A stretch of DNA of 64,000 nt from Squalus acanthias (taxonomy: Eukaryota): contig CM059432.1 of the NCBI GenBank assembly GCA_030390025.1, forward strand, positions 25,856,001-25,920,000, given 5' to 3'. Shown here piece by piece: positions 25,278 through 39,493 of the stretch. The notes under the pieces are model-generated. The model searched no databases. It worked only from the letters and a program-made list of their open reading frames with translations, and was not told the DNA's origin. Position 1 is the stretch's first letter, and every line of letters begins with the position of its first letter. The position numbers and the translations under genes were made by a program.

Positions 25278-27344
25278 GGGGGAGTGAAATTCGATAAGGC
25301 CCAAAAACGGGCATGGGCACCGCGATGCGAGATATGCCCGCACCCGTTCAGAAAGCACAGGCAGCACATCAACTTGGTGCTGCCTGCGAATGATCATAAT
25401 TGTAGCGCACAGCTTAGCAACTAACGCGCCACTGACAGGCTGTGCGCTCAACAGGGGGCCCAAGTTCGCGTCGCTGGAGCGAGGCTGGCTTTGCTTAAAG
25501 CTAGCCTGTTCCTTTTCAAGGCAGTCTGCAGCTCTTAAAGCTGAACTGCCTTCTGCACATGAAAAAAGCTAAAAGTGCTTCAGCACTAACAAAAATGACT
25601 CAATAGGCCAGGGAAAGGGCACCCAGGGTCTCGGACGCAGCACTCTAGCTTTGTGCAGGGGTCAACACTGGAAGAGAGGTCTTCTGCCCACAGGAAGCCA
25701 GGAGGCCCTCCAGAAAGAAGGATGTGGGACCAGATCACCAAGGCCGTCACTGCCAGCAGTGTTGCCTTTAGGATCTGACTCCAGTGCCCAAAGAAGTTTC
25801 ATGATCTCAGATGAGTGGTCAAGGTCAGTGACTGCATCTTCAAAAGCCGTCTCCTACCAACTGCACCACTAGCCTCACACACTGCTCGATGCATGACCCC
25901 ACCCCATCACTCACCTACCAATAATCTCTACCAAACATGAGGCACACTTGAAGAGACAGTGCTGGCCATTCTTAGCAGGGGTATGGCTGAGCCCTTGGCC
26001 AGCAGTGGGGCTGAAAGAATACAAGATGCTGGTATCCTCATACGTTACCCTCCTTCTCACATCCACTTCCCCCTCATCCCACAATATCTTCTCATTTACA
26101 AGCTGTACATGGTGTAAGCATGCGCCTCTTGCTTTACCCCCCCACCTCCCCTCACCACAACCCTACCCTGTGCCTTCCCCATTTCAGACACCCAAGAAAT
26201 CCAGTCTGCCCAGCCAGTAGGTGACCAAGAAGAGGGAGAGGAGAGTGAAGAAGAAGAAGAAACACAGTCACTTGATTTGACACTCCCAGCCACCAGCTCC
26301 TCGAGGTCGTCCTGCAAGGCCATCTGCAATGTCCCCCACTATATTCAGCAACCTTCCACCAGCCATGCTGCAGCCACTGGGGTAGCATTGCAAGACATCA
26401 GTAGGATAGGCAAAAGCACAGGCAAGACAGTCACTAAGGGAATGCACAAGGGTGATTCGTTGATTTTTTGATGTTGTATTGGATGCATATATGGATAAAG
26501 TTGGATTGGAAAGTTTGCTTTGTGATGGCTTTTATTTCAGCAATGTGGCCAAGAGGACACTGTGATGGTCAGTAACAGAGGGAAGATAAGGTGTGGGACA
26601 AATGTTGAAAGGGGAATTGGGGTTGTGGTCACTGGTACCATGGGTGGATGATTCAATCCAGGATATCCCGGCCAGAAAGGGGCTGTCTGGGTTGCCTCCT
26701 TCCTTCTGATTCCTCCTCTTCTGGTTTTTCCTCTTCTGCTTCCTCCTCTTCTGCGAGCAGCTTGTCCCCTTTGCTGCCTCTGCTTCATCTTCATGTGATG
26801 TTGCAGCCCAAGGGGGACTTCAACTAGAGCCCCTAGGACTAAGAGCAAGTGGTCTTCTCAGAGGCCTTCCTTTAACAGCCAAAGCCTTGCAAACATCCAG
26901 CAGCACTCCCTGCACACTTTAACAACTTTTTAAATGTATTGCACCAAGTCACTACTCCAATAAAATGTAAAACAAAAGTCCAAAAGCAAAAATCTAAATT
27001 TACCTGAAAGATGTGTGTGTCCCTTTAAGAAGCGCTGGCAGCATCTCTGTTAAACTGATGCACGCAATTTCTTCCATGTGTGGTTTGGAGAAGGCAGCAT
27101 CAAGAGCGGTGACGTCCAAAATCACAAATTGTGTGTCAATTCAGACGTTGCATGCCGATTGACGTCACTATCTGTATCATTTAATTGTGGGTGGTGAGGG
27201 CAGGCAACTACAGCGCTGCTGACCTGCCCAAAATGGCGGCTGCCGCGTTCCGCACTGGAAGCGAGGCAGCCGCCATTTTTTCAGCAAAACCGGCTTTAAC
27301 GGCCGGCACTACACCTCCCATTTTCGCAGGCACGAAGTTTTCCC
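25278..27344. mobile_element. Heavily deleted Harbinger inserted in a DeuSINE copy; same architecture as 7232-11312, reversed
   Basis: Myb start remnant on + at ~25595 (ARERAPRVSDA); Myb C-terminal remnant PRGRPARPS..KGMHKG at ~26300-26455; transposase C-terminal remnant on - at ~26640-26750; SINE halves on both flanks. Confidence 0.75.
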
Positions 27345-27804
27345 AGTGTCCTGGCTAACGTTTCTCACTCAACCATCACCATCAAAAACAGATTGACTGT
27401 TCATTCGTCTCAGTGCTGTTTGTAGCAACTCGCTGTACACCCAATGGCTGTTGCATTTGTCTATGTCAAACGGTCACTTTGTTTTCCTGGAGGGAGCACC
27501 ATTTACCTAATACAAGTGAACATGGGTTCATTTTAAGGGCTGGCAGCAATTCTGCCAGTGTGCTGTTGTTATCCTAATGTTATCACCTAGTTCAAAGATA
27601 AGAAGCATTTCTCATCTGTCACTTTGATCAGCAGGCCTTTACTTGCACTGACTACATCTGTGATATCTCTCTTTATCTTTCTTCTTTCAGTGATATCTCT
27701 CTTCTCCATCGCTCAACTTTCAGGTCATCTTCCAAGTCTTGAAGAGACCAAGTTCAGCACTTGAAAATACATGGCATGGGGTGGGGGTGGGGCGGAGCGG
27801 GGGT

Positions 27805-28278
27805 GGGTAGAAATTGTTATGGCCTGTTTTTGGGCACATAACCAACAGTGCACAGACAGCAAGTGCCCGAACTGGTAGGCCCGGGGTTCACCCTAAATTG
27901 GGCCTCAAGCCTCATTTCAACACTTCGAGTGAGCTGCTGACACCAGCTGCACATCCAGAGGGATCTTGCCCATTTCAAGGGAATTAATTTAGGACCGCTT
28001 GCCACGCGAGCAGCAGCACTCAGGTAAGTCCCAGGAGGGATGAGGACAACAGGAGGGGGGCCAATCATAGGCCGGCAGTGGCCCTCAGGAGTGCTGTGGA
28101 GCCAGGAAGAAAATTCCTGCTCCTCCTGACTCCACATCAAGTGTTAAAAAAAAAATGTACTTACATTTTTGTTCATGGCTGTCGCTTCGCTGAAGGCCCC
28201 TAACTTGGGGTTGGACCTATTGTCTTTTGAGCTGGTCTACGCCCAGAAATGGGTGTAGTGGAGTCCAATTTCTCCCCC
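27805..28278. mobile_element. Harbinger-type MITE
   Basis: TIR GGGTAGAAATTG...CAATTTCTCCCC with subterminal tttgggc/gcccagaa inverted similarity. Confidence 0.7.
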
Positions 28279-28309
28279 ACAGCATTGGAACAATAGTCAT
28301 CCTCCCCCT

Positions 28310-29500
28310 TCCACCCTGGTTTCAAATGTAGCGAAGCAATGAGTTCGGGGATGTTTCAAGCCATGTCCCAGTGAATGTGAATCCACGATGCAAAACCGCT
28401 GTTAATGTCAATTCTTTTAGTCTAAAAATTGCTATTGTGCTGATCATGGGTTGGCCAAATGTTATTTGAGGTTTTTGATCAGTGTAAAGAAAACTGCTTA
28501 ACATCTGATTTTAGTGAGTGAATAAATGTTCACTTGAACATCAGCACAGTAAGTCCTCAAATGGGAAGTCACATTAACTGATTAAGAGTCGCACTTGTTA
28601 AGTGCAATGATGAGCTTTTTAAATATCTGAAATACAGGGGAGGCCAGTCCAGCTGTTACTGCAGCAATTTTGATGGAAGTGCAGGCATCCAGACATACGA
28701 AAACTTGGTTTAGAGAGGAGGCTATGGAAAGCTTGGTTGAAGCACTCTATAGGATGGATGAGCATCACCCCTTCCACTCCCAGATGTGCCTGGTGCATCA
28801 GACATGGGAGAAATTCAGTGAAAAGTCTGCTGTCTTACGAACCCCCAGGACTTGGAAGAAAGAAGATGTCAGACTTGAAGAAATCCATGAAGGTGAGCCA
28901 ACAATCCTATTATGTATGACGAGCATTTCCATGTCATGATCAATCTCCTGCTCTGGCGTGGCTTTGGGACACGTAGAGTAGTGCAATATAATGTGGAGAA
29001 GGAATGGGTGTATGCACTCAGTGCAAGGATGCTGAAGGATGCTGAAGGATGTGGATGCACAGGAGATCTGGGCCTGCCTTCTCCTCCGCAATTTCGCCCA
29101 GCAACGGAAAATGAGCAAAAGTTCGGAAAATGTTCAGGCAGTGACGCCACCTCCCTTTTCTTGGATTCCCATCCACCCCGTCGCTGCCAGAATCCCTCCC
29201 CTTCCGCCACATGCAAATGGTGGCCTGGGGGCAGGACCTGGGTCCCTGGACTATTTCCTTCTCATCCACCCTATTTATTGCCACTTCCCGGGTCTGCCAA
29301 GTAGAAGGTAATGAATAGCCCTCGTAAAGGCCTCAATTTCCTCCAATGATGGGAGAGGGCCTTGTAGAAACCTCCTCTCCCTCTAAGTCGGACCCAGCAC
29401 TTACCTGCTGAAGACCTTGGTCTTAGCTGTGGAAAATAGGTTGGGATGGATTCAGAGAGGCGGGTGGATGTCCTGCCCCACTAGAACTCCACCCAAAGAG
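28310..29500. mobile_element. Old Harbinger remnant with a Myb N-terminal piece on +
   Basis: ORF 28670-28939 (WFREEAMESLVEAL...WEKFSE..LRTP) resembles the Myb exon 1 pattern; ends not resolved. Confidence 0.5.
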
Positions 29501-30618
29501 GAGAATCCCAGTATTAGGTTGAAAATACGTAATTCCCTGAAAGTGAAAGTGCAGGTAGATTAAGCCATAATAAGACCAATAAGCTTTTTGCTCTTTATAA
29601 GTTATGGCATTGAGTGCAGGAGTAAACAGGATATGATAAATTTGTACAAGACAATGATTAGGCAATGATTAGAGTACTGTAAACTGAGCAGTTGTGGGCA
29701 CTCCATTATGAAAGGCGCTATATAAATGCAAGTCTTTCTTTCAAAGGTAATACATTTTCATGTACCCATGACAAAAAATGAAAAGCTGACAAAATGTATA
29801 CGGAACAATGCTGCACTGGCCACTCAGGGAGGGGAGTGGGGAATTGGGTCAATCAATCAAAACTTTGCTACAATGGAGTGAAAATAAAATGGGTAATTCA
29901 GAGCATTGAAGTAATATCTAACACAATCAGGAGCGCAACGCCAGTGAAACTGGGATGACTGCAATGGGAAATCTAACATGATCCTGGAGGGGATGAGTAG
30001 GAGAAGTGCTGAGAATTAATGGGCTCAGACTTGTCAAGTTTCACTCAGTACAGATTCGCTATTGTATGTGAAGGAAACAAAACTTGTTCCTGCTGTTTCA
30101 TTGTAAAACTGAACCCACTTCAATGGGTTTCCAATCTGTCACACTGTAATAAATGTAGATCCTCTCAATTCAATCAGTTTATAATTTGCTTCACTGTTGT
30201 AAACACAGCTCTATTAACTTCCAATAGGTTCGTGACTTGTGTCTTTTCAATAAACATAGTTGTATTAAGTTCAAATGGTTTGGAATCTGCCTCACTGTAA
30301 TAAATCTTATCCTACATTGTGACAGTGACTACACTTCAAAAGTATTTCATTGGCTGTAAAGCACTTTGGGGCGTCCTGAGGCCATGAAAGGCGCTATATA
30401 AATGCAAGTCTTTCTTTTTCTTTCTAATGATCAGTTCGCTATCTGTCTCACTGGACGTTATTTTCAGACTGTTAGCCTTAAAGGCACTTCAAATAGTTTT
30501 TCCGCACAATTTACTGAATCTTAATTACTGCCGGTTGTACGTTATTAGGTGGGGGTGGGGGTGGGTGCACGGGGGGGGGGGGGGGGGGGGGCAGGGTGCA
30601 GGGGGGACGGGGGGGGCA

Positions 30619-31255
30619 GGGGAGAGAATTCTCCTCCATGATCCCACCTGAAATTGAGTGGCATCACGACAGAGAATTTATGAAAATTTAGGCAGTGGGG
30701 CCTACCCCCGCTTCATTGCCGCAAACAAGATTTCCCTCCACTGGCTCACGGGGCCTAACACTGGCTGCTCCTTCCCCTATCATTACATGCAAATGTTGGC
30801 ATAACACAGGGCCCTGGTCCCTGGAAGACTTTCCATATTTGTGCCCCAGTTACCAACACTTTCTGGGGCGGCCATGTGGAAGGTGGTGGTAGTAGAAGCT
30901 CAGAGTTCCTCCACTGGATGGAGAGGGCCTTGTAGTGGCCTCCTCTCTCTCTGCAGTCAGCCCCAAACACTTATCTGTAGAAGGCCTCAGTCTTGGCTGA
31001 AGCCATCAGTGGGAACCTTTCTTCTGATCTTCAACGCACTTTTGCTCCTTTAAGGTCCCTCGCAGCCTATTCTGGTGTTGGAACACCATCTGAGCTTCCT
31101 CACTCACACTGGTGGGCTCTGTCTTGCTGGCAGAGATCCCGCCAGAAGCTAGCTGTGCATGACCCAGCAAAATGGGCCACATTTGGGGCAGGTAACAAGG
31201 GTCAATTGAAAGTCCTTCTCCGTCGAACAGCACCCCAAAGAAGAGAATTCCTCCC
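30619..31255. mobile_element. Harbinger-type MITE
   Basis: GGGGAGAGAATTCTC...GAGAATTCCTCCC inverted ends. Confidence 0.65.
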
Positions 31256-32119
31256 ACCCACTCAGATATTAGTTAAAATTATGCAAATATAGAACTCTAC
31301 TGAGTAGAAGAGTCACTTGACCCACGCAAATGAGGGCTAATTATAATAAAGAGCAGAGAATAACAGTGAAAGCGAGCTCATTTTAGTTACAAAGATCTGT
31401 ACAGATGTGAGAAGCATCTAACTCGACCTTCCGCAGAAACCTACAGCCCCAATCACAGTGTCTACCTCTTGAATGACCCCAGAGTTTTTGGCTCCACTAA
31501 CCTACCTGGAAATCCTCCTGATCTCTCCCTTCCTGGCTCCATATCCGTTTCCTTATTTATTTCTAGTTTATGAAGTGCCTTAGGATGTTTTCATGTTAAA
31601 GATGCTATTCAAATGTGAGTTGTTGCTGCTGCAAGTATTAATCACTCTTTGTGTGAAGTGCAATCTGTTATCAGTCCTAAAGTTGCCTTTTATCAGTTTG
31701 TACCTATGTCCCCCTTGTCCTGTAGTTGCGCATTAATTTAAGATCGTGCTTTGGATTGACCATTTGTATTCCACTTAGTACCTTACATACCTGTATAAGA
31801 TCCTCTCATTTGCCTCCTTCCAAGGTTGAAGAGTCCAAGTTTTTCTAACCTTCTCTCACATCTCTGACACTCAATATTTTTCTCTTGGTCTTTCTCAGTC
31901 CTCTTAACTTTGACCTCAGCGATCAGCCTCGTGATCTTTCTCTGCATTGATTCCAGAGATTAGAGGTTTCCCTGGTGCCTTGGTGAAAAGAACTGCATGC
32001 AGTGTTTGTGATATGTGCCTGGCCACAGCACTGTACAGATTCAGCATGGCAGCTTCCTGCAGCTTTGTTGCACCTGGAGAAAGCTATCGTTTTGCTTTAT
32101 ACTGGGTTAAAATGGGGCT

Positions 32120-32550
32120 TGTTATATCACTCTCACCTCTGAGTCAAAGTTGTGGGTTCAAATCTCACTCCAGAGACTTGACCACAAAATCCAGGCTGAT
32201 TCTCCAGTGCAGTACTGAAGGAGTGCTACATTGTCGGAGCTGCCGTTAAACCGAGGCCCAGTCTGCACTCTCAGATGGACCTAAAAGATCCCAATGACAG
32301 TATTTTCAACAAAAAGGAGGGGAGCTCTTCCTAGTGTCCTGGTCAACATTTACCCCTCAACCAACACCAAAAACAGATTATCTGCTCATTATCACTTTGC
32401 TGTTTGTGGGAGCTTGCTGTGCGCAAATTAGCTGCCGCGTTTCCTACATTACAACAGTGACGACACTTCAAAAGTGCTTCATTGGCTGTAAAGCACTTTG
32501 GGACATCCTGAGGTTGTGAAAAGGTGCTATATAAGTGCAAGTGTTTCTTT
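32120..32550 (+). mobile_element. SacSINE1/DeuSINE-like SINE
   Basis: Colinear with 43665-44130. Confidence 0.8.
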
Positions 32551-33970
32551 CTATAATTTGTACATTAGCAGTGATTTTTTTTGACGGTCTTATTAAGAAT
32601 ATAAAGTATGAAATAGGATAAGCTCATTTCACCCACGAAGTACAACCCTTCTGCAGGCTATGTAAAATTAACCTTCCCTGGACTAGGAACACTAAAGCCA
32701 ATTGTGGCACCCCGGTTACTGCTACGGCCTGGATCACATGCCAGCAATCAAGCCTGTCTAACCAGTACATCAAGAGATGCCTTTACACACAAAGTCATCA
32801 GGGGGCTGCATTTATCTTTGGCATTTGACTTTCATTTCTCTTCAAGTTGCATATTTACAGATCTTCGCGTACTCAGCATGCACTTGCTGGCACAGATTAT
32901 CCTCACGTAAACCCTATCACAATCCATTGCTTGCCTCCGCTCCCCTCCCCCATCCTGCTGTGACAGTGTAGTTAATAACCCTATAAACCCAATGTAATTG
33001 TAAAACAGAAGCAGAGCAAAACTAATCTTTGCCATTAATGTAAATGAGCAGCACTTTTATGTAGTCTATTACCAGAGGACATGGAAGCATACTTTTATGT
33101 CTTGCATGTTGACCTTAAAAAATGTTGCACAGTAGTCAAGGATACAATTTATCACTTGGTTAAAGGGTTAGATTGGCTAATTATCTAGCTTCAGAGCACT
33201 TCCTCCTTAAGGAGGCCTCATTTCATCTCGCTCATACTTTCTTTGAACAGATGAGGAAATGTACTGATGCATCAAATGGAGACAATGCAGTTTTTACTTT
33301 GCTCCTCAGCATTTTGTTTTCATTGTTCACGTTTTCCCCCACAAGTGCTGGGAAGTGAGAGTTGCAATGGGGTTATTATTTGGCGATTATAATGTTTCTT
33401 TACAAATTTATTTCCATTTCAATGTTGTGCTGGTCAGCCATTTTCAAAGTTCAGGCACTCCCAATCGTGGTTAAGTGCACAGCAACAATTCTTCTGCTCC
33501 GCCCAGCATTGTTTCCTTCAGTCCCAGCTTCAGAAGGGGCCCTTTCCTGCCCCATTTCCATTCCTACATCAACCATACAGTGGCCTGTTGTGTGACATTG
33601 TCAATTTAGGTATAGTTTTGCACTCTACTCCAAAACCCACTAGAAACAAAGATAAGACCGCCAAGACTCAATTCACATAGGATCCTTACAGATAGAAGAG
33701 ACTTTCATCTCTGGGCTTGATTTGAACTGAAAACCCAGTAGTAAAAGACCAGTCCCTAAGCCACACATCACGCAATCCTCCTGTTTAATCCTTTTTTTAA
33801 TAGGTTACAGTGATGTGACTCCTTCGATAAAGATCTTAAGATCTGAAGTGCTTCGATGGTGTTTCTGAGAGATATGCTATATAAATATCAGTCTTTCTTC
33901 AGTATAACATGCAGACTGGAAAAAAAATTTTGTGGATAAAAATGTTAAAGAGGAATTGCCACTGGTACAC

Positions 33971-34310
33971 CAGTGTGTACCATCTACAAGATGCACTGCA
34001 GCAACTCGTCGAGGCTTCTTCGACAGCACCTCCCAAACCCGCGACCTTTACCACCTAAAAGGACAAGGGCAGCAGCCGCATGGGAACACCACCACCTCCA
34101 AGTTCCCCTCCAAGTCACACACCATCCTGACTTGGAAATTTCTCGGCTGTTCCTTCATCGTCACTGGGTGAAAATCCTGGAACTCCCTACCTAACAGCAC
34201 TGTGGGACTGCAGCGGTTCAAGAAGGCAGCTCACCACCACCTTCTCAAGGGCAATTAGCGACGGCCAATAAATGCTGGCCCTGTCAGTGCCACACACATC
34301 CCAGGAATTA
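33971..34310 (+). mobile_element. LINE (CR1/L2 group) 3' end of a different family
   Basis: CTIYKMHCSNS.RLLRQHLPNPRPLPP..., SWNSLP; tail ggc.ataaatgctggcc, also seen at 18490-18590 (-) and 59390-59445. Confidence 0.65.
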
Positions 34311-35237
34311 TTTTTTTTTTTAATTTGAAAGGGAAAAGACGAAGGGCCCTAAAATACATGAGTGGGCGCATCCCACATAAGTGCTGGAATGCACTGTTGC
34401 TGACCCTGCCAGTTTGGGGAGTCAGGGGGCAGAGCCACAAAAAGCAGGCGATGTACATGTCTGGCTGAGGGGATGGGGATTGGCAAGCCTCACCCAGAAA
34501 CAAAATGAAAGAGCTCCCCATGGGTCCCCTTTGTCAAGGGACCACTCCTACTTAAAAAAATGAAACCCTCATCTTTGGTACGGGCCAGGAAACCCTCCCC
34601 CGCTCTCCTTCTCCCACCCCCCCTCCACTTGTGTGGAACCCACTTGTGCTGGGATTGGATGTCGGTGTTCCATTTCTCCCTCAGCGTACCAGCCTCCGAT
34701 TTTATGCAAAGCCCTTGTAGGCCGAGGGAGCAGTTAACTCCTAGCGTTGGGAGCCTCCACCCTCCCCCCCCACCCCGCCTCCCTCCCCCCCCGCCCCCCC
34801 GCGGGAACTCCAGGAAATGGTGGGGACCTGGTGCAACCTCAGAGGAATTTGAGCCTTGAGATTTTATTCGGCATCACTATTTCACACTCAAGCGGCATGA
34901 ATAAACCTTTGCTAAACGCAGGGGAAGAGCTTCCCTATTGCCTTTACAGGGGCAAGGATGCCAGTTAAGGGCAACAGTTAAAAACAATCGCATTCGTAAA
35001 GGTTAGAATTAGGATGATTAATCGTCTTTTCATGCGCTTGCTCTATTTATGCAGGGACTGCAAATCTGCAAAAAAAGCTGCTGTTTTCATCATTCTGTAT
35101 TTAAAGAGCCATTCTGCAACATGTTATTGGTTTATACATGAAGTAACGTGATAGGTAATGAGAGAGCACCACCCACATCACTTGCAGCCTGGTCAAGTTT
35201 TTAATTCCCCTGGCGATTTTCTCGTCTTGAAGATGTT

Positions 35238-38200
35238 GGGCAGAATTTTCATTGACCCTTGGAGGCGTGTGGGGGGTTAAAATTGCGAAAACTGGCGGGC
35301 GGGCACAAGCCCGCCTCCATCCCGCCTCTACGCAATTTTCATTAAATCGTGTCTGCTGGTCCCGACTCCGTCCCGCCTCCAAGAGGCGGGATAGGCCGTT
35401 AAGGCCCTTAACAAGCACCAAATTGCCTCTATAATGCCATTTTGAAAGGCCTTTGTGATTTTAACCCTTTTTCCACGTGAAGCACGCCTGTTCTGAACCA
35501 CGAATGTGAAACCTGGCGGTAGCACATTTGGATTACTGACTATCAGCTGCAGCTCAACCATGAAATAGGAGATGTGATCAGCCATCATTTGCAGTTGGCA
35601 GGACTTTGTTGTCTGAGGTCTGGGGGGAACTTTTATATGGCATAACCACAGCTGTGGAAGTTTGGAGCCTGACACCCATCTCCAGTGTGACCTCCTGGGA
35701 AACCCCTCTCGCCACCTTGACTGAGAGCTTCCTCAACTGAGGCATATACCAGAAGCATGGGAACCATTTATTTCCTTTCCTCCTGGACATCAGATTCGGA
35801 CGAGGACCAGCCGTGTCAGCAGCAGAACCATGAACAACAGCACCATCAGCATCAACAGGAGTGCCAAGCTGCTCCTCACCCACCTGAAGCTGCACAGGCC
35901 AGAAGGCACCAGCACGCGACCACATTGCTGCCCGAGATGCAAGGGACGCACTTGACCAGATTTGCTTAGCCTGTACAATCAAACACTTTTGCCTCACACC
36001 TTCTTATCAGATCATCGACAATGGCCAGGAACCTGCGGATTCCTATCAAGCTGACCACCATACTGACAATTGCAAGTCATCCTAAGCCCTCAATGTGGAA
36101 GTCCCATTTGCGAAATGACAGACGCCACAACTTCAGCAGTTTGCCAGCAGAATTTTTAATCACACCAAGCAAGTGCTGGCATTTCAAGATTAAACACAAC
36201 ATTACACCCAAGTGACTACCCTTGTGACTACTTGTGCATTATTTTTCTTTTACGCGTGCTCCTACATGGTGCTTCCCCTGTGGCTTCAGCAGATGTGGAG
36301 GCCCCTTGCTCACTTTCTTGCTGCTCCTGCCTCGACACCTTTGGCGGGCGTCCTCTGGGGTTGCGAACCTGTGAGGGCTCGGCAACAGTCTGCTGCTCCT
36401 GCGGCTGTGCAGGGGTTGAGACGCCCATCTCAGTTGGGTGAGGACTCTGATGGGGCTCTGACCGAGGGCTTTGCAGTGGATTGGTCGTGTGAGCGCTTGG
36501 AGAGGAGCCCCCACTTCCTTGTTGTCTGCCACCAACATCCCTCTCATGGGTCAGCTCCCCCTCAGCACTTGCAAGTGGATTGAGAGCACCTTGCTGCACA
36601 TCAGGGGGGCCATGGGGACCCGTATCTGCACTGGAAGTCCTACTCAGAAGGACTTCCATGAAGGTCTGGTTTCTGTGTTCAATAGATGACCATCGCTCCT
36701 CAAGAGATGCCAGTCTATTCTGAACAATGACCATGTTTTCTACACTCTGGCGACTTATCTCCTCCATAGCCATAGCCATCCTCTCCTCTACTGTATCCAT
36801 CCTTTCCACGGAGGTTGCCATCCTTTCCGTGGTGATGGGTTCATGCGCCAATGACTCCACAAAGGCTCTGCTCATGTTCGCTATGGACTCCTCCAATCGC
36901 TCCACACTCACAGTGACCCTGGAGACAAAACCTGCCAGAGACTCCTGCATCTGTTCCTGGAGTTCCAGCACCGCTGATCTTATGGATGGACCCAGAGGCA
37001 GAGGGTCGACATGCAGCTGAGCCGAGCTAGGAGAGTCCTGCGCCCTCCGACTAGGACTCTCCACTGCTGTCCCTGTCTCCACTATCTGCTGATGCTCACT
37101 TGTGAGCTGTGATACACCAGGTGACAACACTACTCTATCTCACGATGTTCCCTCCGAGGTGTGAGTGTCTACGCTGGTGCTGGGTGTGCTGAATTCTGCT
37201 GACGCGGCGCCCTCAGAGGTTGCAGCTTCCTCTGAGGAGTAGTGAGGCTCATGCTCTTCCTCCTGGACGGTGGGGACGGCTGCTCGCAATGGTCCTGGGG
37301 GGGAGTAAAGGAAAGAGTCAGAGATGTGAGTCCAAGGTTACATGCACATTGCATATTGCAGATGATCATAAGACAGTCTGCTGGAGCATCAGAATCATTA
37401 TCAGTGACATGCAATGTCAATGAGAGAGATGATAAACTATTCTGTCACCAGCTTGCTCTGATGCACCCGTCTGTCCGTCCCCCACTTGCGCATCCTCCTC
37501 CACTCCCATGATCTCCACGACTGCCTCCTCCCAGGTGGTGAGCTGGGCTACTGAGGGTGGCCCTCCTCCTGTCCTCGCTCTTTCCCTCTTATTGTGAGCT
37601 CTCTTTTCCTGCAATGAGGGAGACAAGTGGAGTTTGAGTGAGAATGAAGGAGTGAGTGTAGAGAATCTATATCATTGATGGTTAGAAGGAGACAAATTCA
37701 GAGTGAGGTGGCAAGACCATGGGCCCTCCCTGTGTGTTTTAAGTTGTTTTCATAGCATCACAGCGATAGGGAGTGTGAGGGCTGCACAGTCGAATAGTTA
37801 GGTGAATGTGACCATACAGAGAGAGGGAATGGGTAAGGGTGCAGGGATGTCAGTGTCAAGTGGGATGTGGAGGAAGAGGTTGTCAAAGCTGAGTGCTGGT
37901 GAGGAGAGGCAATGGGGATCAGAATGAGGGTGATGGGAAATTCATACTCACTTTTCCAGTGCGCAGAAGGTCATGAAACCTCTTCCTGCACTGAAGCCAG
38001 GTTCTGTGGGTTATGGACAATGAGTTGACCTCCTCCGCCACCTGGATCCACACAGCCTTGGTTTGATGGGAAGGCTTCTTCCTCCCTGAAGAAGGGAAGA
38101 GCACCTCTTTATTAGCTCTGGCTCCCTCAATTAAAGCTTGCAGGGCGACGTCATCAAATCGAGGTGCAGACCTAGGTCTCTGGCTGGCCATTCTTCCTGC

Positions 38201-38470
38201 AGGTGCCTCTAACATGCAAAGGCAGAAGCTTGGCAGTCTGCAGAGGAAGCAAGGCTTGTTGCAGACCTTAAATGCTGCAGCAATGATGACGTCATCGGAA
38301 GCAACTTTCAGACTGGAAAAACTCACTGGCCATGGGTTCCCACACGTTGGAACTCAATTGGCCAATTATGTTAAAATCGCATCAATCTCCCACATCGATT
38401 TAGATTCGGGTGGCTAACACGAAATGCGGATTACACAACCCCAGCCCGCCCCTGAATCAAAATCCAGCCC
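35238..38470. mobile_element. Harbinger retaining the Myb gene; transposase largely deleted
   Basis: TIR GGGCAGAATTTT...AAAATCCAGCCC; TSD GTT; only the putative transposase N-terminus (35757, MGTIYFLSSWTSDSDED) remains. Confidence 0.9.
36228..38191 (-). pseudogene. Myb/SANT gene, exons 38191-37952, 37608-37449, 37294-36228 (~488 codons, one internal TGA at 37142-37140)
   Basis: GT-AG introns in phases 0 and 1 give a continuous frame: MASQRPRSAPRF...WIQVAEEV...QCRKRFHDL / EKRAHNKRERARTGGGPP / predicted coiled coil / PRGRPPK / RSTRKRK. Confidence 0.88.
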
Positions 38471-39493
38471 GTTGACTCCGTTCGGCTGCCCAACTCGATG
38501 GGCATGGAGCCCAATCCACAACCTTACCCAAGAAGCTGTTATTCAGGTGTCAGCCTTGACAGTGAGCATCGCCAGGCACATGGGGGCATCATAGCCAAGC
38601 CCAATCCTATCTTCATCCAATGTCCAGCCATGCAATCTTCCAACAGGTGATCACTGGATGGCAATCAAAAACGGGGACAGTGGGACATTTTCCTCTCCCT
38701 AACCCAAAGACCAACTGCAGCACACCTACCTCTACCCCAGTTAAAATCGAATAACACAACACAGACTCAGGATCAAGCCCCAAGCATTGCTGACCAGTGT
38801 AGATCGGTTACTCAAGGATAAACTAAGCCATTGGAGCACCTCGTGAAAAGTATTTTCAACCTTAGGTCAAAATAAGGTTTCTAACATATTAAGGCCATTT
38901 AAAAAAAATCTATTTTCCCATAACAGGATCAAACCTAGCTATAAAAATGTCTTCTGTATCTTCGAATGCCTTCATTAATATTTTTACTTGGAGACCGTTT
39001 TCAAAAGCCTGAGCTTTTAATTTATATTTTTTCCACCTGTCAGCCAAAGGGAATTATCAATTATCCATGTGCCTTCAGCTTCTAGAATGCCGGAGTCTGC
39101 ATGTGTGAAGTGTGGTGAATTTTCCAGTATGCAACATTTTAATTCTTTCAGTATAAGTGGAAATGTGCCATTTTTCATATTGTAACAAGATTTCTCAATT
39201 TCTTTGTTTGTGCCAAATGATTTGAAAGCATGTCTGGAAAATGAATTTAACAAGCATTTTTGAGTTTAAGCTTTATTTGAAAACGATTATCAGCTGCTTT
39301 TAGTTTTTTTCACTTTCAGAGGGAAAGCCTAGCTTATAGTGAGACAGGCAGATGGATTAAGAGAGAAAGATTTCCCAAGGTTGCCTTTCGACACATCCTG
39401 TTGAAGACGGGTAAAAAATACTCCTATGGCTCCCCACCATTGTAAAATGGCAACCGGAAAGAAATACACAAAATTCAGTAGAATCCAATACTA

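Noticed and set aside
30550..30620. Long G-run / glycine-rich ORF
   Set aside because: Simple sequence next to a MITE end.
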